Positions 30,469 to 41,443 of a DNA stretch of 64,000 nt are shown here, one piece after another (the first letter of the stretch is position 1; each line of letters begins with the position of its first letter). Position numbers and translations under genes: made by a program. Source of the stretch: Alphaproteobacteria bacterium (GTDB lineage Bacteria; Pseudomonadota; Alphaproteobacteria; CALMVH01); NCBI GenBank assembly GCA_965199335.1, contig CBDAQZ010000004.1:448666-512665 (forward strand), in the 5' to 3' direction. Below the pieces are notes generated by a model, which had not been told where the DNA came from, did no database searches, and saw only the letters and a program-made list of their open reading frames with translations.

Positions 30469-32781
30469 ATGGCCGAGAACCCGACGCAGCTGCGCGAAGC
30501 AGCGCTGAGTTATCACGAAAAACCCGTCCCCGGTAAGCTGACCGTCAGGCCGACCAAGCCGCTTCTGACCCAGCGCGACCTGGCGCTGGCCTATTCGCCC
30601 GGCGTCGCCTTCGCGTGCGAGGAGATCGTCAAGGATCCCGCGGCCGCCAGCCGCCTGACCGCGCGCGCCAACCTGGTCGCCGTCATCACCAACGGCACCG
30701 CCGTGCTGGGTCTGGGCGCGATCGGGCCGCTGGCCGCCAAGCCGGTGATGGAGGGCAAGGCCGTCCTGTTCAAGAAATTCGCCAATGTGGACGCCATCGA
30801 CATTGAGATCGCGGAGACAGACCCAGCGAAGCTGGTCGACATCATCGCATCGCTGGAGCCGACCTTCGGCGGCATCAACTTGGAGGACATCAAGGCCCCG
30901 GAATGTTTCGAGGTCGAAAGCCGCCTGCGCGAGCGGATGAAGATCCCGGTCTTCCACGACGACCAGCACGGCACCGCGATCATCGTCGCCGCCGCCGTAC
31001 GCAACTGGCTGAAGATCACGGGCCGCGATATCGCGCAGACCCGGCTGGTGGCGTCGGGCGCGGGCGCGGCGGCGCTGGCCTGCCTGGACCTGCTGGTGCA
31101 TTTCGGATTGCGGCACGAGAACATCATGGTCACCGACCTGGCAGGCGTCGTCTACCAGGGCCGCGAGGAGCTGATGGACGAGCACAAGCGGCGCTATGCC
31201 CGCCACACCGATGCGCGCGAACTGGCGCATGTTATGGAAGGGGCCGACGTGTTCCTGGGCCTGTCGGCGGCAGGCGTATTGAAGCCCGAGCACGTGCAGC
31301 TCATGGCGCGCGCGCCCCTGGTGCTGGCGCTGGCCAACCCGACGCCGGAGATCATGCCGGACGAGGTGCGCGCCGTGCGACCGGACGCGATCATCGCCAC
31401 CGGGCGCTCGGACTTCGCCAACCAGGTGAACAACGTGCTGTGCTTCCCGTTCATCTTCCGCGGCGCGCTGGACGTCGGCGCCACCACGATCAACGAAGCG
31501 ATGAAGGTCGCCGCCGCCGAGGCCATCGCCGCGCTGGCGGAGGCCGAGCCCAGCGACGTGGTCAGCGGCGCCTATGACGGCGAGCATCCGCCCTTCGGAC
31601 CCGAATACCTAATCCCCAAGCCGTTCGACCCGCGCCTGATCGTGGAGATCGCGCCCGCCGTGGCGCGCGCCGCGATGGACAGCGGCGTCGCCACCCGCCC
31701 GGTCGCCGATTTCGACGCCTACCGCGAGGAGCTGTCGCAGTTCGTCTACCGCTCCGGCCTGGTGATGCGCCCGATCTTCTCAAAGGCCAAGCGGGTGGAG
31801 AAGCGCGTCGCCTTCGCCGAGGGCGAGGAGGAACGCGTGCTACGCGCGGTGCAGGCGCTGGTCGACGAGGGGCTGGCGCGGCCGGTGCTGATCGGCCGCA
31901 CCGAGGTGGTGCAGCGCCGCATCGACAAGCTGTCTCTGCGCATCCGCCCCGGCGAGCATTTCGACCTGACCGATCCCGAGCACGACCGCCGTTATCACGA
32001 CTACTGGACGCTGTATCACCGGCTGATGCAGCGCAAGGGCGTCACCCCCGCCGACGCCCGCACCGTCGTGCGCACCAACGCCACGGTGATCGGCGCGCTG
32101 ATGGTTCAGAAGCGCGAGGCGGACGCGCTGATCTGCGGCACGATCGGCAGCTATCATGACCACTTACGCCACGTTATCGACGTGCTGGGCGTGCGCGAGG
32201 GCGTGGCCAAGGTCTCGGCGTGCGAGGTGGTACTGCTGAACGCGGGCACGTTCTTCATCGTCGATCCCTACGTCTCGCCCGAGCCGAGCGCGGCGGAGAT
32301 CGCGGAGATGGCGATGCTGGCCGCCGAGCAGGTGCGCCGCTTCGGCATCAAGCCCAAGGTGGCGCTGCTGTCGCATTCCAGTTTCGGCACGCACGACGAC
32401 CGTCACGCCCGCCGCATGCGCGAGGCGCTGGAGTTGATCCGCCAGGCTTCGCCGGGGCTGGAGGTCGAGGGCGAGATGCAGGCCGATGCCGCCCTGTCCG
32501 AGGACGTGCGCCGCGCCATCTTCCCCAACTCGCGCCTCCGCGGCCAGGCCAATCTGCTGGTGATGCCGACGCTGGACGCGGCAAACATCTCGCTGAAAAT
32601 GCTGAAGGCGATCAGCGACGGCCTGTCGATCGGCCCGATGCTGCTGGGTGCGGGCCGCACCGCGCATATCCTGACGCCGTCGGCCACGGTGCGCGGCATC
32701 CTGAACATGGCGGCGGTCGCGGCCGTCGACGCGCAGGAAAGCGAAGCCCAGATCGCGGCTAGTCTATCACCGCATATTTGA
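30469..32781 (+). CDS. maeB: NADP-dependent malic enzyme (malic enzyme plus phosphotransacetylase-like domain)
   Basis: A 770-aa protein with an N-terminal malic enzyme domain and a C-terminal PTA-like domain. Confidence 0.95.
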   Translation: MAENPTQLREAALSYHEKPVPGKLTVRPTKPLLTQRDLALAYSPGVAFACEEIVKDPAAASRLTARANLVAVITNGTAVLGLGAIGPLAAKPVMEGKAVLFKKFANVDAIDIEIAETDPAKLVDIIASLEPTFGGINLEDIKAPECFEVESRLRERMKIPVFHDDQHGTAIIVAAAVRNWLKITGRDIAQTRLVASGAGAAALACLDLLVHFGLRHENIMVTDLAGVVYQGREELMDEHKRRYARHTDARELAHVMEGADVFLGLSAAGVLKPEHVQLMARAPLVLALANPTPEIMPDEVRAVRPDAIIATGRSDFANQVNNVLCFPFIFRGALDVGATTINEAMKVAAAEAIAALAEAEPSDVVSGAYDGEHPPFGPEYLIPKPFDPRLIVEIAPAVARAAMDSGVATRPVADFDAYREELSQFVYRSGLVMRPIFSKAKRVEKRVAFAEGEEERVLRAVQALVDEGLARPVLIGRTEVVQRRIDKLSLRIRPGEHFDLTDPEHDRRYHDYWTLYHRLMQRKGVTPADARTVVRTNATVIGALMVQKREADALICGTIGSYHDHLRHVIDVLGVREGVAKVSACEVVLLNAGTFFIVDPYVSPEPSAAEIAEMAMLAAEQVRRFGIKPKVALLSHSSFGTHDDRHARRMREALELIRQASPGLEVEGEMQADAALSEDVRRAIFPNSRLRGQANLLVMPTLDAANISLKMLKAISDGLSIGPMLLGAGRTAHILTPSATVRGILNMAAVAAVDAQESEAQIAASLSPHI

Positions 32782-32848
32782 TAATTTTACGGCGTAAGCC
32801 GATCGGGTGAGGGGCTACGCCGCTCTGCAAATCAGCCTCTCACCCCGA

Positions 32849-32869
32849 CCCTCTCCCGCTGGGAGAGGG
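32849..32869. repeat. Perfect hairpin CCCTCTCCC-GCT-GGGAGAGGG, GGGAGAGG family
   Basis: It lies between the convergent maeB and VOC genes, next to a second inverted repeat gggtgagggg...cctctcaccc. Confidence 0.5.
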
Positions 32870-32874
32870 GGAAA

Positions 32875-33645
32875 TTACGCAGCCTCGCTCACCAGCGCAA
32901 AGAACGTACCCTCGGGATCGCTACCGTGCAGGATCCATTCCCCGCCCGGCACTTGTTGCGGTTCGCGCGTAACCGTGCCGCCGGCTCCCCGGACGCGATC
33001 AGCCGCAGCAGCGATGCCGTCGACGCGGAAATAATAGCGCCAAAGTGCCGCCGGCATCTCCGGCATCCTGGTCATGATTCCGCCCACAGGCTCTGCCCCA
33101 CCGGGGGCGAACAGGTGGTATTTCCCCATCGGCCCCATATCCAGGGTATCGGTTAGCGTCCAGCCGAACAGCCCGGCGTAGAAATCGAAAGCGGTTTCGC
33201 CATCGCCCGCCATCAGCTCGCACCAGCCGATGGTGCCCGGCGTGTCGTGGCGCAAATCGGGCGGCGTGGCGGTTGGCAGCGGGTGGAACAGCACGAACAC
33301 CGCACCCTGCGGATCGGCGACGACGGCGAAGCGGCCGATCTGCGGGATATCGGTCGGCGGACGATGAACCTTGCCGCCGCTGGCCGCGACCCTGGCCGCG
33401 AAGGGGTCGACATCGTCGACCGCGATATAGCCGATCCAGCCCGGCCGGATGCCGCTGCCGCGCATCGCCTCGGACAGCGCCAGCATCCCCGCGACGCGGC
33501 CAGCATCGGTCAGGAAGGCGGTATAGGTGATATCGGACTGGCCGGCATCCTGCGTCTTCCAGCCTACGACAGTGGCGTAGAACGCGGCCGTGCCCGTGTC
33601 GGCGGCCATCAATTCGTACCAGACAAAGCGACCCTGGTTACCCAT
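32875..33645 (-). CDS. VOC (glyoxalase/bleomycin-resistance) family protein with two domains
   Basis: Two repeats of the VOC fold. The start was placed at MGNQGRFVWYEL. Confidence 0.7.
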   Translation of the reverse strand: MGNQGRFVWYELMAADTGTAAFYATVVGWKTQDAGQSDITYTAFLTDAGRVAGMLALSEAMRGSGIRPGWIGYIAVDDVDPFAARVAASGGKVHRPPTDIPQIGRFAVVADPQGAVFVLFHPLPTATPPDLRHDTPGTIGWCELMAGDGETAFDFYAGLFGWTLTDTLDMGPMGKYHLFAPGGAEPVGGIMTRMPEMPAALWRYYFRVDGIAAAADRVRGAGGTVTREPQQVPGGEWILHGSDPEGTFFALVSEAA

Positions 33646-33659
33646 GCGACAAACCCCCA

Positions 33660-34970
33660 TTGGAGAATGATCGCGCAAGCTGTACTGAATTCGCCATGGA
33701 CTCACAACAGGCTACCGCGCACCAATTGCAGACACAGCGTATCCTGCGCACCGTCTTCATGACGATGCTGCTGGCGCGTCTGCTGTTCCCGTTCTTCAGT
33801 TCGCCGCTCGACCATCTGTTTTCCGACCCGCTGCGCCATTGGGACAATGGCCGGCACTTCCTGTCGCCCGATGTCATGGGCGCGGACGATCCGTATCTGT
33901 ACCAGCTATGGCTGTTCCTGCTGCAACAGGCGGCGAAATCGAACCAGGCGGTCGTATTGCTGGGGACAGGCCTGCTGTGTGCCGCACTGCCCTATGGCTG
34001 GTACCGCGCCCTGCGCGAGCTGCTGCCGGAGGGCTGGTCCTATGGCGGCGCGATCGCGATCGGGCTGATGCCCGGCTTCGTCGGCATCTACGGCTATTTC
34101 ATGAACGAGACGCTGTTGCTGACACTGATCGGCTTCGCAGTCTGGCTGAGCCTGCGCGCGATGCGTCTGGGCACCATTCCCGCCTTCGGCTTTGCCTGCG
34201 CCCTGTGGCTATTGGCCGGCTTCACCCGCACCGTGGCTCTGCCGATGGGCGGCTGCGTGATGGCCTATCTGTGGCTGGCGCAGCCGAACAAGGTCACCAC
34301 GGCCGCCGTCGGCGCGGTGTTGCTGGCGGTCATCATGGTACCGGCAGGCCAGCATGCGCGCAGCCAGCTGCATTACTTTGCCCCGTTCGGCAATATTTAC
34401 CTGAACGAGATCTACCGTGACAGCGGCAAGGAATCGATCGTGATCGATACAGGCCCCCATGGCATCTATCAGTTTACCTGCCCCACTTACACCAATCCCG
34501 AATTCTATCCGTGGTCGTTCCATACCACGGACCGCACCGGCAATTTTTCGATCCGTATCGACACCAGCAAGGGCATGGCGGACTGGATCGCCGAAAAGCA
34601 GCGCGCCGAACGCGCGAACAATTTCCCCTTCTGGCAGGACATGAAGGAGAATTTCCTGGCGCTGTGCTTCAGCCAGTCCTGGCCCGACAACGATATCCAC
34701 GCCGCCAGCAACTGGCTGACGGTCTGGTCGCGCTGGCTATGGCCGCCGCTGATCCTGGTTGTCGCCTGCGGTGCCCTCGCCCGCCGCTTCACCGGCCGTG
34801 AATGGCTTCTACCCGTGCTGGGGCTCGGCATGTTCGTCTTCCTGGCCCTGCAGCACAGCGCTCCTATGGAGTCGCGTTTCCGCAAACCGATCGACCCGCT
34901 TTATATCGCTGCAATCGTGGTGATGCTGCACGGATGGCATCGGCGCAGGACCGGCGACAGGAACGCCTGA
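33660..34970 (+). CDS. Polytopic integral membrane protein, possibly a GT-C/ArnT-like glycosyltransferase; start uncertain
   Basis: Ten or more TM helices with large loops. The start is probably at M13 or M34, to leave room for a divergent promoter. Confidence 0.45.
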   Translation: MENDRASCTEFAMDSQQATAHQLQTQRILRTVFMTMLLARLLFPFFSSPLDHLFSDPLRHWDNGRHFLSPDVMGADDPYLYQLWLFLLQQAAKSNQAVVLLGTGLLCAALPYGWYRALRELLPEGWSYGGAIAIGLMPGFVGIYGYFMNETLLLTLIGFAVWLSLRAMRLGTIPAFGFACALWLLAGFTRTVALPMGGCVMAYLWLAQPNKVTTAAVGAVLLAVIMVPAGQHARSQLHYFAPFGNIYLNEIYRDSGKESIVIDTGPHGIYQFTCPTYTNPEFYPWSFHTTDRTGNFSIRIDTSKGMADWIAEKQRAERANNFPFWQDMKENFLALCFSQSWPDNDIHAASNWLTVWSRWLWPPLILVVACGALARRFTGREWLLPVLGLGMFVFLALQHSAPMESRFRKPIDPLYIAAIVVMLHGWHRRRTGDRNA

Positions 34971-34983
34971 AAAGCGGCTTGCG

Positions 34984-36504
34984 TCAGGGAAATATCTCGC
35001 CGAACCCCAGATGGAATTTTTCGAATATCGACCCTGGCTCGTCCGCATGCGCCAGCGATGCCGAATCGGGATTGACCGGTTCAGGTTCCGGTAGCGGTCC
35101 CCAGCCGCCGCCCATCGCCTGGATCAGCGAAACGCGTGCGACGATACGCTGTGCCAGCGCATCGGCCTCTCCCTGCTTGGCGGTCAGCAATGTCGTCTGC
35201 GCGGTCACGACCTCAAGATAGGTGTTGAGGCCGTTGGCATAGCGATCGTTGGCGTATCTCAGCTGCAGGTCGGCAGCCTTGACCGCGTTGGATTGCGCGA
35301 TCGCCTCCTGGTCAAGCAACCTGATCGACGCCAGCGCATCCTCGACATCGCGATAGGCGGTGAGGACGGTTTGGCGATAATTGCCGACCGTCTGATTGTA
35401 GGCCTCGCCCGCCTCGGCCAGTACGGCGTCGCGCTCACCCGCATCGAACAGCGAAAGCGCGCCGGTCGGCCCGATCGACCAGAACCGGCTGGGACCCTCG
35501 ATCCAGTTCGACAGGTGCTGGCTTTCGAATCCGCCGCTGACATCGAGCTGAAAATCGGGATAGAAGGCGGCCCGCGCCACGCCGATATCGGCATTGGCCG
35601 CCGCGACGTGACGCTCTGCCGACGCGATGTCGGGACGGCGTTGCAGCAGCTCGGACGGTATGCCGGCGGGTATGATCGGGGGATCGATGTTGAACGATGC
35701 AGGCGCCAGGGAAAAGGTCGAGCTCGCCTCGCCGACCAGCAGGGCGATGGCGTGTTCCAGCTTGGACCGCGCCAGCGCCACGGCATCCGACTGCGCGATC
35801 GCCAGCTGCAGTTGCGATTGCGCCTGTGCCACGTCGACACCGGCGGCGACGCCCTGGTCGAAACGCTGCTGCGTCAGGTCGAGCGCCTGCTTGTAGGCGA
35901 CGATCGTCTGCGCGAAGATGTTCATCAGCGCGTCCTGCTGGCGCAGCTGGAAATAGTCGGTTGCAAGATCGGCGTGCAACGAAAGGTTCAATGTCTCGAG
36001 GTCGTCCTCGGAGGCCTCAGTCCCGGCTTCAGCCACGGCCAGCGAATTGCGCAGGCGGCCGAACACGTCGACATCGTAGGTCGCATCCGCGGAAAGGATG
36101 TGATCGTTGAAAGTGATCTCGCCCGTCTTGCTGAGCAGCGGCCGGTTGATCGACTGGCGCTCGCGCGTGGACGAGGCGTCCGTTTGTATGATCGGAAACA
36201 GTGCCGCCCCTGCCGCATCCACCGCCGCGCGCGACTGCTGGAAGGCGGAGAACGCGGCGTAAAGGTTCTGGTTGGCGTCGGTCACTTCCGCCTCCAGAGA
36301 ATCCAGGATCGGATCGTTGAACGCATGCCACCATTCACCGCGCGGGAATTCCGCCAGTGGCTGCGCGACCACCCAGCCGTCCACCGGAGCCTGTTCCTTG
36401 TACGCTTGTGGCACAGGAGTCCTGGGTACGTGGTAGTCGGGCGCCAGCGAGCACGACGCGAGCGCGATCACGACCGGAAAGGCGGCAAGGGTGCGCCGTT
36501 TCAT
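34984..36504 (-). CDS. RND efflux outer membrane factor lipoprotein, NodT family
   Basis: Lipobox LASCS, tandem OEP repeats, and a 4-nt overlap with the upstream adaptor gene. Confidence 0.9.
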   Translation of the reverse strand: MKRRTLAAFPVVIALASCSLAPDYHVPRTPVPQAYKEQAPVDGWVVAQPLAEFPRGEWWHAFNDPILDSLEAEVTDANQNLYAAFSAFQQSRAAVDAAGAALFPIIQTDASSTRERQSINRPLLSKTGEITFNDHILSADATYDVDVFGRLRNSLAVAEAGTEASEDDLETLNLSLHADLATDYFQLRQQDALMNIFAQTIVAYKQALDLTQQRFDQGVAAGVDVAQAQSQLQLAIAQSDAVALARSKLEHAIALLVGEASSTFSLAPASFNIDPPIIPAGIPSELLQRRPDIASAERHVAAANADIGVARAAFYPDFQLDVSGGFESQHLSNWIEGPSRFWSIGPTGALSLFDAGERDAVLAEAGEAYNQTVGNYRQTVLTAYRDVEDALASIRLLDQEAIAQSNAVKAADLQLRYANDRYANGLNTYLEVVTAQTTLLTAKQGEADALAQRIVARVSLIQAMGGGWGPLPEPEPVNPDSASLAHADEPGSIFEKFHLGFGEIFP

Positions 36505-37976
36505 TTCGCGCCGTTTCCGTCCGTTCCGGGCATGGTCTGGCCGCTGTCGGGCTGGTCGCCGGTTTTGTCGGTATTGCCGTCATCGCCCTTCTGGTCCGGC
36601 TTGCTGGGAGCCTTGGAAACCTTCGTGACGGGCTCGGTGCTGCCGCGCGAGGGCTGGACATCCTTTTGCTGCGTGTTTTCCTTGCCCTTGGCACCGGATG
36701 ATGATCCACTATCCTTGCCATCGTCCTTCTTGTCGGAATGGCCATCCTGGCTGGCGGTGGTGCCCTGGTTGGACGGCGCGGCGATCTTGACCTGCTGGCC
36801 CTCGGCCAGGGAGTCGGGTGGGTTCAGGACGATCTGCTCGTCCTTGCCGACGCCCGAAACCAGCTCGACGGTGTTGCCGAAGTCGCGTCCGACCTGGACC
36901 TCCTTCAGGTGCACCTTGTTGTCGGCACCGACGACCGCCAGCTGCATGCCATGAGCGCGGAAGATCAGCGTGTTCGCCGGTACGCGCACCGCACCTGAAA
37001 TATTGTCGCTCGGTACTTCCAGATGCACGTCGACATAGGCGCCGGGAAGCAGCATGCCGTCGTGATTGTCGATATCGACCTCGGTAAGCAATGTACGCGA
37101 GGCATTGTCGATCGAGTGCGAGGTACGCGCGACGACCCCCTTGAAAGTCTGCCCGGGTCGTTCGACCAGACGCAGGTCGGCCTTCATTCCGGAGGTAACA
37201 TAGGGTGACTGGTTCTGCGGAACCGGTACGAACGTGCGCAGCCGGTCGATCGCGGCGACACGGAACAATTCCCTGCCCGTGACCGCGGTGCCGGAGCCTC
37301 CGCCAGTGCCGATGCCCGACGTTACCAGCTGTCCGATATCGGTATTGCGCTCGGTAACGACGCCGTCGAACGGCGCATAGATTTTTTCGAACGATTGCAG
37401 CGCCTCGTAATGCTTCACATTGGCCTGCGCAGCGTCGACCCCGGCTTTTTGCGCCGCTTCGTTGCTGGCGCTCTGGTCGGCCTCCTCGCGCGAAACCGCG
37501 GCGGTCTTGACCAGAGCCTGATAGCGCTTGTTGGTGACGACGGCCAGGTCGTAATTGGCTTTTGCCGTGCCGACGGCGGCCTTGGCCTGTTCCAGCTGCT
37601 GGTCCAGTTCGGGGGTTTCGATCACCGCGATCAACTGGCCTTTCTTGACCTTCTCGCCAATGTCGAAATACCAGGCCTTCAGGTAACCGTCGGTACGTGC
37701 GTAGAGCGGCGCGTCCACGAAGGCCTCCAGATTGCCGGGCAGATTCAAGTCGTCCGTATCGGGTCCGACCGATGGCTTCAGTACACTGACCGTCGGAGTC
37801 GATTCGGCCAGGGTGCTGCGCTTCAGGTCGGCATGGGACAGCATGCGGACCACGATGCCGATCACTGCAAGCGCCAGAAGCACGATGATCAGAAGGATCA
37901 CCCAGATCCGGCTGCGGCTCTTATGTGGCTTGTCGTCGCCCAGTCGTTTGCCGACCAGAGTGTTGCTTGTGGACAT
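36501..37976 (-). CDS. Efflux periplasmic adaptor (HlyD/MFP family) with a roughly 100-aa Gly/Asp/Lys-rich disordered C-terminal tail
   Basis: N-terminal TM, then coiled-coil and barrel-sandwich motifs. The unusual low-complexity tail reads DGHSDKKDDGKDSG... Confidence 0.8.
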   Translation of the reverse strand: MSTSNTLVGKRLGDDKPHKSRSRIWVILLIIVLLALAVIGIVVRMLSHADLKRSTLAESTPTVSVLKPSVGPDTDDLNLPGNLEAFVDAPLYARTDGYLKAWYFDIGEKVKKGQLIAVIETPELDQQLEQAKAAVGTAKANYDLAVVTNKRYQALVKTAAVSREEADQSASNEAAQKAGVDAAQANVKHYEALQSFEKIYAPFDGVVTERNTDIGQLVTSGIGTGGGSGTAVTGRELFRVAAIDRLRTFVPVPQNQSPYVTSGMKADLRLVERPGQTFKGVVARTSHSIDNASRTLLTEVDIDNHDGMLLPGAYVDVHLEVPSDNISGAVRVPANTLIFRAHGMQLAVVGADNKVHLKEVQVGRDFGNTVELVSGVGKDEQIVLNPPDSLAEGQQVKIAAPSNQGTTASQDGHSDKKDDGKDSGSSSGAKGKENTQQKDVQPSRGSTEPVTKVSKAPSKPDQKGDDGNTDKTGDQPDSGQTMPGTDGNGAK

Positions 37977-37979
37977 CGA

Positions 37980-40900
37980 TCAGATCCTCGCCTCGCGCGC
38001 CGCGACTTTCTTTTGTCGGCGGCCGTGCATGATGGCAAAAACGGTGGGAACGAAAAATAACGTGGAGCCGGTGGCGACGGTCAGGCCGCCGATGACGGCG
38101 CGGCCCAGGGGCGCGTTCTGCTCGCCGCCCTCGCCGAGGCCCAGCGCCATGGGAATCATGCCGATGATCATCGCCAGCGCCGTCATCAGAACCGGGCGAA
38201 AGCGGGTAAAACCGGCTTCGATCGCGGCGGAAACGGGATCGAGGCCATCGTGCAGACGCTCGCGGGCGAAGCTGACCACCAGGATACTATTGGCGGTGGC
38301 GACGCCCATGCACATGATCGCACCGGTCAGCGCCGGGACCGAAAGCGGGGTGAAGGTCAGGAACAGCATCCAGACGATACCGGCCAGCGCGCCGGGCAAG
38401 GCCATGATAATGATGAAGGGATCGAGCCAGGACTGGAAGTTCACGACGATCAGCAGATAGACCAGTATGATCGCGAAGGCGAGGCCGCCCAGCAATTCGC
38501 TGTAGGCGCTTTTCATCGTCTGCGCCTGCCCACGCACCGAGACCGTCGATCCCTTCGGCAGGTCCTTCAGTGCGTCGTTCACGATAGCGTCGACGCGGTT
38601 CGCGACCGAGCCGAGATCGGTATCCTGCACCCCGGCATAGACGTCCAGCGTCGGAGCGGCGTTGTAGTGCGAGACGGTGGTGGGTCCACTTGTGCGTCCG
38701 AACGTGGCCAGATTCGACAACAGCGAAACTGGCCCATTCGCGCCGCTGATAGAGGTATTGCGTAAATCGTCTAGGGTGGTCAGCCGGTATTGTGGCGCCT
38801 GGGTGGCGATATTGTACTGCACGCCGGTTTTCTTATCGACCCAGAAAGTGGGCGCGGTCTGGAAGCTGCCCGACAACGCAACCAGCAGATTGCTGCCGAT
38901 GTCCTTCTGCGTAAGGCCGACCTCCATCGCCTTTATCCTATCGACATTGACATCGATCTGCGGCTGGTCGAAGCCTTGTTGCATGTGGACGTCGACGGCG
39001 CCCGGAACCAGCCTGATCTGCTCCATGACCTTGTTAAGCCATACGCGATTTTCTTCCAGCTTGTAGCCGCGCACCTGTACGTCGATCGGCGAGGGAAGGC
39101 CAAAGTTGAGAATCTGGCTAGTGATGTCGGCAGGCAAGAACGAAAATGTGATCGAAGGAAATGCATTGGGCAACTGCTTGCGGATTTCACGTACGTAGTC
39201 GGCTGTGGGTTTATGATCTTCTTTCAACTGTACCTGGATGTCGGCGTCCTGGGGGCCGACCACGCCCGAGCTGGTGTAGGTCAGATTCAGGCCGCTGTTC
39301 GGTATGCCGATATTGTCGGTGATGCTGTCCAGCTGGTCCGCAGGAATGATCTGGCGCAGCCTTTCCTCGATCTGATCGCACAGCTTGGCCGTATCTTCCA
39401 CGCGCAGACCGCTTTGCGCGCGGACGTGCATCTTGAACTGCCCGGCGTCGACCGAGGGGAAGAAGTCGAAGCCGACGAAAAAGATCAATCCAAGCGACAG
39501 GGCGCAAATAATCAGAAAAACGGGTGCGAAGATGCGGCGGCTGGCGACAGCGCCCTTGATGACGCCGTGATAGCGTTCGCGCAAGGCTTCGAAGCGATGT
39601 TCGAAGCCAAGCTGGAAACGGCCGAAGACGGTGGCGCCGCGCTGTGCGTCATGCGCCTCGTCATGCGTCTTCAGCCAGTAATTGGCCAGCGTCGGCACCA
39701 GCGTCCGCGACAGGATGTAGGAGGCCAGCATGGCGAAGACGACCGATTCGGCCAGAGGCACGAACAGGAACCCCGATACGCCGGAAAGGGCGAACATCGG
39801 GATGAACACGATACAGATGGCCAGCGTCGAAACCAGTGCCGGGATCGCGATCTGGTGGGCGCCGTCCAGGATCGCCTGCGTGATCTCCTTGCCCTGTTCC
39901 AGATGGTAGTTGATGTTCTCGATCGTCACCGTCGCATCGTCGACCAGGATGCCGACGGCCAGCGCCAGCCCGCCTAGCGTCATGATGTTCATGGTGTTGC
40001 CGAGCGCCGACAGACAGATGATCGAGGACAGAATGGCCAGCGGGATCGAGATCGTGATGATCGCCGTGCTGCGCAGGCTGCCCAGGAACAACAGTATCAT
40101 GGTGCCGGTCAGCAATGCGGCGATAACGGCTTCACGCACGACGCCGGATACGGCTGCCTTGACGAAAATCGACTGGTCGGCGATCGGCTTGACTGTCAAT
40201 GACGGCGGCAGGCCGGCCTGGATCTGAACCAGATTGTCCTTGACCCGGTTTACCACGTCCAGTGTGGAAGCGCGGCCGATCTTGAGAACGTTCATCAAAA
40301 CGCCGCGGCTGCCGTCTAGGCGGACGATGTTGGTTTCCGGCGGATGGCCGTCGCGGACATTCGCCACGTCGCTGATGCGGATCACGGTGCCGTTCGACAT
40401 CTTGATCGGCGCGTCATTCAGCTCCTCCGGTTTCAGCGGACTGGCGTTCAATTCGATGTTGTATTCCGTCTCGCCGATTTTTTCCGTGCCGGCTGGGATG
40501 ACCAGGTTCTGGTTGCCGATCGCGTTACTGACGTCCTGGCCTGACAGGCCATAGAAACGCAGCTTGCGTGGATCGATATCCACCTGGATCTGGCGCATCG
40601 CACCACCGTAAGGATAAGGCAGCGCTGCACCCTGCACCGTCGCCAGCTGGGTGCGGATGAAGTTCTGGCCCAGATCGTTGATCTCTGTTTCCGACAGGGT
40701 CGGGCTGGTCAGCGCCAGCTGGATGATCGGCACGCTCGATGCGTTGTAGGATACGACCAGCGGCGGCGTCGTGCCCGGCGGATCGGTCTTGAGCACAGTC
40801 TGCGATATAGCGGTGATCTGCGCTACCGCCATGTCGGGATTGACCGTCGGCTGGAAGAAGAACTTCACCACCGCCACGCCGTTCAGCGACTGCGATTCGA

Positions 40901-41141
40901 TATGCTCGATATCGTTGACGGTCGTGGTGCCCGCCCGCTCGTAGTTGGAGATGATGCGATCCGCCATCTCCTCGGGTAGCAGGCCGGTGTAGTTCCACAC
41001 GACTGCGACGATCGGGATGTCTATAGAGGGAAAGATATCAGTGGGCGTGCGCAGGATCGTAAGCGGGCCCATGATCAGGATCAGCAGGGCCAGGACGATA
41101 AAAGTATATGGCCGCTCCAGAGCGACCTTGACGATCCACAT
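37980..41141 (-). CDS. RND multidrug efflux permease (AcrB/CzcA superfamily)
   Basis: A 1053-aa protein with twelve TM helices and two large periplasmic loops. It is the first gene of the permease–adaptor–OMF operon. Confidence 0.95.
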   Translation of the reverse strand: MWIVKVALERPYTFIVLALLILIMGPLTILRTPTDIFPSIDIPIVAVVWNYTGLLPEEMADRIISNYERAGTTTVNDIEHIESQSLNGVAVVKFFFQPTVNPDMAVAQITAISQTVLKTDPPGTTPPLVVSYNASSVPIIQLALTSPTLSETEINDLGQNFIRTQLATVQGAALPYPYGGAMRQIQVDIDPRKLRFYGLSGQDVSNAIGNQNLVIPAGTEKIGETEYNIELNASPLKPEELNDAPIKMSNGTVIRISDVANVRDGHPPETNIVRLDGSRGVLMNVLKIGRASTLDVVNRVKDNLVQIQAGLPPSLTVKPIADQSIFVKAAVSGVVREAVIAALLTGTMILLFLGSLRSTAIITISIPLAILSSIICLSALGNTMNIMTLGGLALAVGILVDDATVTIENINYHLEQGKEITQAILDGAHQIAIPALVSTLAICIVFIPMFALSGVSGFLFVPLAESVVFAMLASYILSRTLVPTLANYWLKTHDEAHDAQRGATVFGRFQLGFEHRFEALRERYHGVIKGAVASRRIFAPVFLIICALSLGLIFFVGFDFFPSVDAGQFKMHVRAQSGLRVEDTAKLCDQIEERLRQIIPADQLDSITDNIGIPNSGLNLTYTSSGVVGPQDADIQVQLKEDHKPTADYVREIRKQLPNAFPSITFSFLPADITSQILNFGLPSPIDVQVRGYKLEENRVWLNKVMEQIRLVPGAVDVHMQQGFDQPQIDVNVDRIKAMEVGLTQKDIGSNLLVALSGSFQTAPTFWVDKKTGVQYNIATQAPQYRLTTLDDLRNTSISGANGPVSLLSNLATFGRTSGPTTVSHYNAAPTLDVYAGVQDTDLGSVANRVDAIVNDALKDLPKGSTVSVRGQAQTMKSAYSELLGGLAFAIILVYLLIVVNFQSWLDPFIIIMALPGALAGIVWMLFLTFTPLSVPALTGAIMCMGVATANSILVVSFARERLHDGLDPVSAAIEAGFTRFRPVLMTALAMIIGMIPMALGLGEGGEQNAPLGRAVIGGLTVATGSTLFFVPTVFAIMHGRRQKKVAAREARI

Positions 41142-41294
41142 CCCTTGCCCCTCAGCTTTTGATCATCGGCGTGACGATACCGCGCGAAACTGAACTGAAC
41201 GGTATAGTATGTTCCGAATAGGGCAAGTTCAAGGCGCCATGCTACGGGTTTGGGATTGCGCGGACGGTGGGAAACGTGTCTTTATACAGGGGAT

Positions 41295-41368
41295 GCGGGT
41301 GTAGCTTAGTGGTAAAGCTCCAGCCTTCCAAGCTGGCTATGAGGGTTCGATTCCCTTCACCCGCTCCA
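41295..41368 (+). tRNA. tRNA-Gly with anticodon UCC
   Basis: Cloverleaf with GCGGGTG acceptor stem, anticodon loop CTTCCAA, T-loop TTCGATT and an encoded CCA. Confidence 0.8.
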
Positions 41369-41443
41369 AGTATCTACAATTGATTAATTCCTGGGTTCAT
41401 GCGATAGGGCTATACCCTCGCCCGAACCGAAAGATCATGATCG

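Noticed and set aside
38790-39977. A 395-aa plus-strand ORF, and other long ORFs, inside the RND permease gene
   Set aside because: Antisense to a 1053-aa AcrB-family gene. These are shadow ORFs.
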